DNA of 64,000 nucleotides from a virus (Duplodnaviria; Caudoviricetes): IMG/VR virus record IMGVR_UViG_2593339273_000007, positions 10,582 to 74,581 of that record; one strand, 5' to 3'. Shown piece by piece: positions 10,708 to 18,664 of this stretch (position 1 is its first letter; each line of letters starts with the position of its first letter). The notes under the pieces were generated by a model. It saw only the letters and a program-made list of their open reading frames with translations, ran no database searches and was not told where the DNA came from. The position numbers and the translations under genes were made by a program.

Positions 10708-13185
10708 CTATTTATTATTTTTTCCTGTTTCGCTCGGTTTGGTTGTTATTAGAGAATATAGTTTTGTATTTTTCGGAAACCGGTCTATAAAAGGAACAAT
10801 CGTATTTCCATAAAAAACAAGTCCTTCTCCTTCTCCTGAATTTGTTACATAGGAAAGCTGATGCTTTGATATATTGAGTTTTTTCGCTAAAATATCTCGA
10901 TCCGTTCCCGCTTGGTTAAGCATTAGAATAAAATCCGTATTATCGAAAATATTTTCAATCTCCGGACTTGCAAGAAGGTCCTTAATATTTTGAGTAAGTC
11001 CAGTCGGCATACCTCCCCATTTTCTGAAACGCTTCCAAATTTCAATGGAATAATTGGCGGTTTGCGGTTCCTTCAACAAGAGATGAAATTCATCTACATA
11101 GTACCTTGTAGCCTTTTTATTTGCTCTATTTATCGTTACTCTGTTCCACACCTGATCCTGCACAACTAACATCCCTATCTTTTTAAGCTGTTTTCCAAGT
11201 TCCTTAATGTCATAGCAAACAACTCGGTTATTTGTATCTACATTTGTTCTATGGTTAAATACATTCAGGCTTCCTTTGACATAAATCTCCATTTCTACCG
11301 CAAGTTTCTTTCCTACCGTTTCTTCCTGTTTTTGAAGAAGATTATATAAATCTTCTAAAATCGGCATATTTTCAGGTATAGGATTTTCAAAGTAGGCTTT
11401 ATATAAAATAGGTAAACAACGGTCAATAACGGAGATTTCTTCTGCACTTAATTTCTTTTCTCCTACAACAAGTTCAAATAGGGATAGTATGAAGTCTGAT
11501 TTTAAAGACAAAGGGTTATCTTCATCCGCATAGTCAATATTGATGTCCAGCGGATTGACATAGTTTTTTGAAATGGGCGATATTTTAATCACCTGCCCTT
11601 TGAGTGCTTCTACAAGTGGTGCATATTCGGCTTCCGGATCTGCTATAATAATGTCATCATCGGTAATTAAAAAAGCATTGGTAATTTCTCTTTTAGCCGC
11701 AAAGGATTTACCGGAACCCGGTGTGCCTAAGATAAGTCCGTTCGGATTTTTTAATTTTTTACGATCTGCCATAATAATATTTCTGCTTAGTGCGTTCAGT
11801 CCGTAATATAGGCTTTCTCCCTTGATAAAAAGTTCTTCTGTTGTAAATGGTATAAAGATAGCTGCTGCACTTGTAGTAAGCCCTCGTTCTATCTCCACTT
11901 CATTGATCCCAAGAGGTAAACTTGCAACAAGTCCCTGTTCCTGTCTGTAATTTAGGTTTTTCAAACTGCAATTATGTCTGTTTGCAATGGACTTTAATGC
12001 AAATACCGTATTATCAAGTTTACTTTTACTTTTACTCGTATTCATAAAAAGAATGGTTACCAAAAACATCTTTTCATCATGATTTTGAAGCTCTGCTAGC
12101 AGGTTCTTTGCTTCTGCCCCATAAGTTACAAGGTCACTTGGCAAGATGTCGATATCATAGCCTGCACGAATCGCTTTTTTGTTTTCCTCAAGCTTCATCT
12201 TATCCAAATCCGTTATTTTTCTTTTTACATGTTTAATAGCTTCCATCTGGTCGATTGCTCTGATATGAAAGGTAACAATCATATTTTCTTCCAATGCCAA
12301 AAACTCTGATAACATCTCATCTTTAATATCTGAGGCTAAAAGTTGTAAAAAGTTTACTTCCGCAAAGACTTCTCCTGTCTTAAAATAAGTCGGCTTAGAA
12401 AAGTTAAAAGACGGAGGTACAATATATTCCTTAGTCGTCAGTCCACTGTATTTCAAATCCTCAAAAGAAAAAACAAGTTTATCATTTGGATTTAAAATGT
12501 CGTGAATAACCTTTAAACGCTCCTCACCATCAAGCACATAGGCTTTCACTCCCATCTGCTTAAAATTGTTTAACACATCCATTTCCATTCGCTCTAACCT
12601 GCTTTTTGCTTGCTTTAAGTCCTCCGCTTCTATGGTAAAGGTAAGATACATACTCTTGGATAGTCCGTTATTCCCCTTGCTGCTTTGATTTAAAAGCATC
12701 TGTCTGTATTCATTTCTAATTTCGTTAAAATCATCTATATTTTCTTTAATATCAATCAGTTTATTGATTTCCTCATTTTCACCGATACTGTTGATATAAC
12801 TGAACTGTACTTCCACAGAGGAATCAAAGAAATTTAGAAAAGAAGAAAATTCCGAGAATATTCCCTCTTGGTCAGCTTCCTCCATTAATCGATAGTTAAT
12901 GTCCAAAAATCGAATGGTTTTATTAAATTTATTCTTTTCAATTTGACAAATCCCGTCTTTTAACATTCGCTTATAGGGAATGGTATCTTGTACGGTTTCC
13001 TTTTTCTCCTCTTTCATAAAAAAAGAAAACCACCCGTTTTTCTTTGATGATTTCCCATTTGTTTTAGACTTTGTTTTTTTCTTCCCTGATTTTTTAAGTT
13101 CCGATAACTCTTTTTTATTTTTCCTAAGCTCCATCTCTTCTTTTTTAATTCGCTGTTGCTGTTTTTTTCTTTTGTCTTTGTTCAA
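10708..13185 (-). CDS. virB4: VirB4-like conjugative transfer ATPase
   Basis: NGLILGTPGSGKS Walker A, YVDEFH Walker B, WKRFRKWGG. Confidence 0.95.
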   Translation of the reverse strand: MNKDKRKKQQQRIKKEEMELRKNKKELSELKKSGKKKTKSKTNGKSSKKNGWFSFFMKEEKKETVQDTIPYKRMLKDGICQIEKNKFNKTIRFLDINYRLMEEADQEGIFSEFSSFLNFFDSSVEVQFSYINSIGENEEINKLIDIKENIDDFNEIRNEYRQMLLNQSSKGNNGLSKSMYLTFTIEAEDLKQAKSRLERMEMDVLNNFKQMGVKAYVLDGEERLKVIHDILNPNDKLVFSFEDLKYSGLTTKEYIVPPSFNFSKPTYFKTGEVFAEVNFLQLLASDIKDEMLSEFLALEENMIVTFHIRAIDQMEAIKHVKRKITDLDKMKLEENKKAIRAGYDIDILPSDLVTYGAEAKNLLAELQNHDEKMFLVTILFMNTSKSKSKLDNTVFALKSIANRHNCSLKNLNYRQEQGLVASLPLGINEVEIERGLTTSAAAIFIPFTTEELFIKGESLYYGLNALSRNIIMADRKKLKNPNGLILGTPGSGKSFAAKREITNAFLITDDDIIIADPEAEYAPLVEALKGQVIKISPISKNYVNPLDINIDYADEDNPLSLKSDFILSLFELVVGEKKLSAEEISVIDRCLPILYKAYFENPIPENMPILEDLYNLLQKQEETVGKKLAVEMEIYVKGSLNVFNHRTNVDTNNRVVCYDIKELGKQLKKIGMLVVQDQVWNRVTINRANKKATRYYVDEFHLLLKEPQTANYSIEIWKRFRKWGGMPTGLTQNIKDLLASPEIENIFDNTDFILMLNQAGTDRDILAKKLNISKHQLSYVTNSGEGEGLVFYGNTIVPFIDRFPKNTKLYSLITTKPSETGKNNK

Positions 13186-13211
13186 TTTTTTTCCTCCTTA
13201 TACTTAAAAAC

Positions 13212-13238
13212 AAAAAACAGCAATAAATTGCTGTTTTT
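13212..13238. terminator. bidirectional intrinsic terminator after the bacteriocin gene
   Basis: aaaaaacagcaat-a-aattgctgttttt hairpin. Confidence 0.75.
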
Positions 13239-13272
13239 ATATTTTATATCTTTTCATGACATATTTATAAAA

Positions 13273-13806
13273 TTAGAAACAATTATCTTTAATTGCTGTT
13301 ATCCCTAATAATTCGGACGCTAAATTCATGATAGCTGTTCCTACCTTTTCTCCTGCATCTGGTGGAACGACTCCTGTCTTAAAGAAACCCATTACCAATA
13401 TCGCAGCTTTTCTTATCCCACCGATAGTTTTTATATATTTTTTAATCTTCAAAATCTTAGTAGCCGCAAAAACTGTTGATCCTACAACCCATGCTATTGC
13501 ACCAACACATTTTGCGATTTCCCAAGCACCATATGTTGTGTAACTACTACTCTTTAATTCAATTCCATTTTTTAATAAATAGTCATAGATACTATTAACA
13601 TCATTTTTTAGTAATATATCCTCAGGCATCTTTTCAATAACTTCAAATACCTTTTCAAGTTGTGCTATAGACAAATTCATCTCCGCATCATGTTCATTTT
13701 TTATCTCTCTATAGCTACTTTTTTCTGCTCTAACTGTATTTACACACGGTAAAACAGAACCTGTCAAAATCGAAAAAAGCAATACTGCTGATATTTTCTT
13801 TTTCAT
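13273..13806 (-). CDS. closticin-574-like bacteriocin precursor (Sec signal + pro-region + ~85-aa mature peptide)
   Basis: Signal peptide ending VRA. The C-terminus KCVGAIAWVVGS..KILKIKKYIKTIGG..KAA..NLASELLGITAIKDNCF matches the closticin 574 mature peptide as I recall it, including both cysteines. Confidence 0.8.
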   Translation of the reverse strand: MKKKISAVLLFSILTGSVLPCVNTVRAEKSSYREIKNEHDAEMNLSIAQLEKVFEVIEKMPEDILLKNDVNSIYDYLLKNGIELKSSSYTTYGAWEIAKCVGAIAWVVGSTVFAATKILKIKKYIKTIGGIRKAAILVMGFFKTGVVPPDAGEKVGTAIMNLASELLGITAIKDNCF

Positions 13807-13812
13807 TTAGAT

Positions 13813-14220
13813 TCATTCCTTCTTGTCTATTTTTTTATTAAAATATATGTTCAGACTAGAAATTGTAATGTATATTCCAAATGAAAAAAACATAAGCAAA
13901 TTCATGCCATGAAAAGATATTCCCATAAATTTTAATGTTGTTACTATCAAAAATATAAACGCACATAAATATTGAATGACAACATTAACCTTGGCTCTAC
14001 TTTTATAAAAAATAAGCTCTGATCTTTCATCAAATCTATCCATTTCACTATCCTTAAATACATCATCTCTAGACAATTCATACCTTCTCTCTAAAAACAC
14101 ATATATAAAAAAGATACTTCCAAGAAAAAATTCTACATTAAATTTTCCATCTATAACATATATTAATAATCCTAATAACATCAATATTAAAGCAATCACT
14201 CCATAAAAAAGATTTCTCAT
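13813..14220 (-). CDS. 4-TM membrane protein (DUF2178-like, DER motif), candidate bacteriocin immunity protein
   Basis: Four hydrophobic segments, FDERSELI..KSRA motif, lies between the HTH gene and the bacteriocin. Confidence 0.6.
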   Translation of the reverse strand: MRNLFYGVIALILMLLGLLIYVIDGKFNVEFFLGSIFFIYVFLERRYELSRDDVFKDSEMDRFDERSELIFYKSRAKVNVVIQYLCAFIFLIVTTLKFMGISFHGMNLLMFFSFGIYITISSLNIYFNKKIDKKE

Positions 14221-14430
14221 TTCAATTCCTCCAAATTTTCTTTTAACATAAATAACTCTTCAATAGTTAACTCAAAAAAATAAACTTAATTTATATGCTA
14301 ACATAATAGATGGTTTATACTGTCCTTTTTCCAAAGATATAATAGTTCTGGCAGTTACACCAACTTTATTAGCTAGTTCCTCCTGAGTAATCGTCTTCGC
14401 TTCTCTCATTTCTTTTAATTTATTAATCAT
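14217..14430 (-). pseudogene. Xre/HTH_3 transcriptional regulator, frameshifted in a T7 run
   Basis: MINKLKEMREAKTITQEELANKVGVTARTIISLEKGQYKPSIMLAYKLSLFF*. Removing one T at 14274-14280 restores ..FFELTIEELFMLKENLEELK* with an ATGA overlap into the next gene. Confidence 0.75.
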
Positions 14431-14458
14431 ATTACTCCTCAACAAATATTACACTCAA

Positions 14459-14496
14459 AATATGAAGTTAATTTCACATGAAGTTAACTTCATATT
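14459..14496. promoter_or_regulatory. tandem palindromic operator upstream of the HTH-immunity-bacteriocin operon
   Basis: atgaagttaatttcac followed by the perfect 16-bp palindrome atgaagttaacttcat. Confidence 0.7.
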
Positions 14497-14704
14497 AGTA
14501 TAATACTACATTTAACTTTTTATACAAGAGACATTAGACATATTTTGAATTATATTTTATGAGTGTTTATTATATTTTTAATCATGCAACACCCATTGCA
14601 TAATTACCTTGCTTGCTAGAATATGTTCCTTTTATCTTTTGTATATCCTTATATGTTTTTACTTCTGATTTTGGAATATATTAATTTGTAAAATAGCACT
14701 TGTT

Positions 14705-15070
14705 TTATCTCCTTCTTTTTATCCTATGCTTATTTCCTATATCCTGCCTTTTTGTTCTCTTCGTATGATAAATGCTTTTCGCTTTGTATATCCTAATCTT
14801 TTTACTTTTATGAAACTTCAAGATATATGCTAAATGTTTTTCAAAAGGCAGATTGTCCTTTTCATAAAGCGTTGCAAAAAGAACAGGTAGGACTGCTATA
14901 CTCATTACAATCATAGAAATATCTGTACTCAGATAATTTTTACAAAGCATATATACAGGAAAACCGATAAGCCCCGCTATGCTAAAACCTATGAGCTGTC
15001 TTTTTGTCATATTAAGTGCCACTTTAGTTTTTACTTTCGTCAAATCCTTCGGTATTTTTACATATACCAT
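14705..15070 (-). CDS. prgI: PrgI family protein
   Basis: YVKIPKDLTKVKTKVALNMTKRQLI, two TMs. Confidence 0.9.
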   Translation of the reverse strand: MVYVKIPKDLTKVKTKVALNMTKRQLIGFSIAGLIGFPVYMLCKNYLSTDISMIVMSIAVLPVLFATLYEKDNLPFEKHLAYILKFHKSKKIRIYKAKSIYHTKRTKRQDIGNKHRIKRRR

Positions 15071-15073
15071 AGC

Positions 15074-15583
15074 CTAACCTCTATTCTTTTTGCCGGTAAT
15101 TTCTTCTCTCATTTCGGATAACTTTTCCATATGCTCCCAAAGTGAGATAATTTCTTCTTTACAATTTTCCAGTTCTTCAACCAGTGCCTTTACTTCACCT
15201 ATCCTATCAATATCTTTCTTTACTGTATCCAGTTTTTCATTCATGGAAAGAATTTCTTTATACATGGCACTTAGTACATCTACTACCAACACTCTAAATT
15301 CTTTTTGCTTTTCTTCTTCCGTTTTTGATTCGTATTCTAAATACTCATCTTCTAAACTATATATCTCTTCTTTTCTTTCATCATCATTTTCTGTATCAAA
15401 TTCGTCTTTATCAAAAGACTCTTCTATCTCACCAAAATCAAAGTCAAAGTCATCTTCCTTAAAATCAGATAATTTTTTCGTTTTCTTTTTCAGTAGTACT
15501 GCTATCATCGTCCCGATAGAAAGAACTGAACCTACTCCTATCAAAATTCCCGTTTTCTTATTCATTTTATTTATTTTCTTCAT
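15074..15583 (-). CDS. hypothetical membrane-anchored acidic coiled-coil protein
   Basis: N-terminal TM, acidic linker, coiled coil; GGAGG RBS. Confidence 0.7.
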   Translation of the reverse strand: MKKINKMNKKTGILIGVGSVLSIGTMIAVLLKKKTKKLSDFKEDDFDFDFGEIEESFDKDEFDTENDDERKEEIYSLEDEYLEYESKTEEEKQKEFRVLVVDVLSAMYKEILSMNEKLDTVKKDIDRIGEVKALVEELENCKEEIISLWEHMEKLSEMREEITGKKNRG

Positions 15584-15660
15584 ATTTACCTCCAATAATT
15601 GTATCCATCTTCTTTTTCCAATTTTCTAATCAACTTTTGTTCAAAATGAGCAAAAGTCCT

Positions 15661-16524
15661 TTAATGGCTGTTTAAAATCGCCTTTGCGATACTTCCGGAT
15701 TTCATCATCATGACTCCTAAAATCAATCCATATGCAAGCACCTGTAAAATACTTGTATGAATATCCGTAAAATTTACAGTTTTGACCAAGACTGCATAAA
15801 TTCCAAAAAATATCAGGATAAAAAGTCCCTGAAGTCCCAGTGCAAACAAACTTTTTATATAGTTTGTTCCGATACTTCCCCATTCTTTATTTCCCATGGT
15901 AGAAAATGGAATTGCTGCAATCGAACAGTAAATATATATTTCAATCATTCTTCCATATAGGATTACAGTGATTAAGATGGATAGAATCGTTAAAGAAAAT
16001 TTAACCAATCCCGTCTCAAGTGCAATCCCGATAAGTGTTCCAAGTTCCTTTGTTTTAAGGGCTTCTACCATAGCATCAAAATTACCGGCAGTTATATTTG
16101 CACTTGTCCCCACAACACCTGCCGCCTTTGATATCATGAACTGTGCAACATCAAAGACCGCCATTGAAAAATCAAAAGCATGAGACACAAGCCATACGGC
16201 AATCCACATTTTGATGATGTATTTAAAAAATTCAAAGGTATCCGTGTCTTGCATGGAATTTTTCCTCATCACCACTTGAATCAGCTCTACGCAAAGTATT
16301 GCGGTTAAAATTATTGCTGCTATGGGCAAAACAACATTGGTATTGATTGATTTGATAAAGGCAAAGACCTCCGAGTTCCAAGAACTCGGAGTCTTTCCCA
16401 CTTCTCCTGCAACGGTTCCCACTTTATCGTTAATATCTACAAGCATTGCAGAAAGATTATCTTTAATAATATCAATCATAATCTCCTTGAAAAACTCATT
16501 TATCTTTCCAAATAAATCAAACAT
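15661..16524 (-). CDS. virB6: VirB6/TrbL-like conjugal transfer protein
   Basis: Polytopic membrane protein, TPSSWN, GRMIEIYIY, NYIKSLFALGLQG. Confidence 0.9.
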   Translation of the reverse strand: MFDLFGKINEFFKEIMIDIIKDNLSAMLVDINDKVGTVAGEVGKTPSSWNSEVFAFIKSINTNVVLPIAAIILTAILCVELIQVVMRKNSMQDTDTFEFFKYIIKMWIAVWLVSHAFDFSMAVFDVAQFMISKAAGVVGTSANITAGNFDAMVEALKTKELGTLIGIALETGLVKFSLTILSILITVILYGRMIEIYIYCSIAAIPFSTMGNKEWGSIGTNYIKSLFALGLQGLFILIFFGIYAVLVKTVNFTDIHTSILQVLAYGLILGVMMMKSGSIAKAILNSH

Positions 16525-16525
16525 C

Positions 16526-16741
16526 TTACTTTAATACATTCGCAAGTAGCGGAATCAGTTTTAGCCCTATCAAAACAATTCCTCCACCGCTCATGAGTTG
16601 TTTTATGCCTTGTGATTTGGCTCCGGGATTATCTGATCCATATCCTTCAAGCAAGTTGATAACTCCCCATGCACCAAGTCCCGCACCGATTGCCATAACT
16701 AAAATTTTAAGCACATTTACTGCTTGTACAAAAAAATCCAT
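16526..16741 (-). CDS. Maff2 family membrane protein (VirB2-like)
   Basis: GAGLGAWGVINLLEGYGSDNPGAKSQGIKQLMSGGG. Confidence 0.9.
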   Translation of the reverse strand: MDFFVQAVNVLKILVMAIGAGLGAWGVINLLEGYGSDNPGAKSQGIKQLMSGGGIVLIGLKLIPLLANVLK

Positions 16742-16744
16742 AAT

Positions 16745-17092
16745 TTATTCCTCCTCATTTTCCTGTTCTTTTTTATTGTTTGTTTCTTTATCAATTTTAT
16801 TGACATGCTTTACAATAAAGTTTCTGTAGGTTTTATCCCCTTTTTCTACTTCCTTGTAGTATCCAAATACATGAATAAAATCTCCCTTTTCAAAATCTTT
16901 TACAAGTTCAGTCTTTTCACCGTAGACATTACAATTTATATACTCTTTCTTTTTTTCTCCCGTCTTTCCCATTTTTCTAAAGAGTGTAAAATTCGCTACT
17001 GTAACTTCTCCCTCTTTTCCCTGAATGGTTTTTATTTCTACATTACCTATTAAGTTTCCGTTGATATTTAGCATTTCTTTTTGCATATACAT
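16745..17092 (-). CDS. ssb: single-stranded DNA-binding protein
   Basis: OB-fold pattern NINGNL..VANFTL..YINCNVYG..KGDFIHVFG. Confidence 0.8.
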   Translation of the reverse strand: MYMQKEMLNINGNLIGNVEIKTIQGKEGEVTVANFTLFRKMGKTGEKKKEYINCNVYGEKTELVKDFEKGDFIHVFGYYKEVEKGDKTYRNFIVKHVNKIDKETNNKKEQENEEE

Positions 17093-17194
17093 CCTCCATT
17101 TTCATTTCTTTTGATTGAATCAAAAAAAGACCACAACTTTTCTATTTTGTCATGGTCTTATCTATATTTTTTCATATTAAATTTTATCTTTTGT

Positions 17195-18286
17195 TTATTC
17201 TAACTTCTGTTCATTTTGAGCAGAAGTTAGAAATTCATCTTTTATTCCTGCCATAATATACTCCACGCAGGGCAGTGCTATCGCATTTCCAAGTGCTTTA
17301 TATCTTGCACTGTCAAGTATGATATTTCCATCTACCCCATACTTTGTATAGTTATCAGGTAGTCCCATCAGTCTTTCACATTCTATCGGCGTTAAATATC
17401 TAATAAATCCCTCCTCTTCTTTTCCGTCCTCCCAATACGCAAACATTGTAGGATTTGATGCTAATAGGGCCTAAAAAGGCTCATTTGGCTTTCCGAAGCT
17501 GTTTCTAAAAAGAGTTTTATTTCTTCTTTTTGCTCCTCCTCGCATTTTTCTATCTTGAAAGGGTCTGATGTTTGGTATTTTCCTCCCTGCTTTATCAGAA
17601 TGCCTTCGATTGGACTTGGTATCCTTATCTTCGATGCTTCTGATAATCTCAGTATTTTCGAGCAGGTTTTCGGGCTTATATAATATTTTGTGGGAACGAA
17701 ATCCTCCAAAATCGCAGACAATAAATATTCTCTTTCTTCTTTGTAAGAGCTTAGGCTCTCCGAAATATTGGGCGTCCAAGACTCTCCAAGAAAACTCAAA
17801 TTCTCTCCCTCGCACCACTCCTGCATTTGCCCATTTAGACTCAGGCATTGGAAGGCAGGTGCTACTGAAGGATTCGAGGACGGTTCTAAAATCCAACCTA
17901 TCTCCCGATACAAAAGCTCCCATGACGTTCTCCCAAATAGCGAAAGTTGGATACTCCCCATTTGTTACACACCTCATTTCTTTAATCAATCGTATCGCTT
18001 GATAAAAAAGAGATGATTTTTCTCCACGAAGTCCTGTTAAATCTCCCGCTTTTGAAAAATTTTGACAAGGAGAACCGAATGTGATGATATCCACCGGTTT
18101 TATATCTTTTGCCTTTAATTCGGTTATGTCTCCTAAATGCTCTACATCAGGAAAATGTCTTTTGGATATAGATATTGCATTTTTATCAATTTCGCTTGCC
18201 CATACCGTTTTTATCCCTACTTTTCTTGCCGCTAAAGGAAATACTCCTATTCCATCAAATAAACTTCCAAGTGTTATTTCTTTTAA
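17195..18286 (-). pseudogene. DNA (cytosine-5) methyltransferase alpha-type gene with a TTA in the start position and an in-frame TAG at 17471-17473
   Basis: One reading frame carries LGSLFDGIG (motif I), GSPCQ (IV), WENV (VI), QRRKRIF (VIII), LTPIECERLMG and RYKALGNAI (X). The GAGGTG RBS sits 7 nt before TTA at 18286. Confidence 0.85.
17461..17961 (-). CDS. overprinted methyltransferase beta subunit (M.EcoHK31I-beta-like) in an alternative frame
   Basis: Own GAGGTG RBS 8 nt before ATG; LSAILEDFVPTKYYISPKTCSKILR motif characteristic of these beta polypeptides. Confidence 0.7.
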   Translation of the reverse strand: MGSIQLSLFGRTSWELLYREIGWILEPSSNPSVAPAFQCLSLNGQMQEWCEGENLSFLGESWTPNISESLSSYKEEREYLLSAILEDFVPTKYYISPKTCSKILRLSEASKIRIPSPIEGILIKQGGKYQTSDPFKIEKCEEEQKEEIKLFLETASESQMSLFRPY

Positions 18287-18453
18287 CTTACATCACCTCT
18301 TTTCTATTTTCATAATATCCTTATATATGCTCCCTTTTTCTAACTTCTGCTCATTATGAGCAAAAGTCGGAGGACTTCTTCCTTTTGCCTTCATTTCATC
18401 ATTCCTCCCTTGCTCTTAGCATAAAAAACAAGATTTGTATTTATCTTAGGTCC

Positions 18454-18603
18454 TTACTTTTGACCGATATACATTTTGCGAATTTCTTCCTTCTTTTTTA
18501 GATGTTTTAACTTTTGATTTAACAACCTAATCCTATTTTTTATCTGTTGCAATTTCTTTTGTTCTTTTTCAATTCGTATTTCTGTTCTTTCAAGCTCAGT
18601 CAT
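18454..18603 (-). CDS. small coiled-coil hypothetical protein (49 aa)
   Basis: GGAAAGG RBS; MTELERTEIRIEKEQKKLQQIKNRIRLLNQKLKHLKKKEEIRKMYIGQK*. Confidence 0.5.
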   Translation of the reverse strand: MTELERTEIRIEKEQKKLQQIKNRIRLLNQKLKHLKKKEEIRKMYIGQK

Positions 18604-18664
18604 TCTTAAATATTCCTTTCCAAAATTTAATCCAATAGATACTTCTGCTCATTTTGAACAAAAG

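Noticed and set aside
15641-15883. 80-aa same-strand ORF overlapping virB6
   Set aside because: No recognisable motif or convincing RBS, unlike the MTase beta frame.
17471-17473. TAG read-through or genetic code reassignment
   Set aside because: A single case; TAG terminates other genes normally here (topB, virB4), and no suppressor tRNA was seen.
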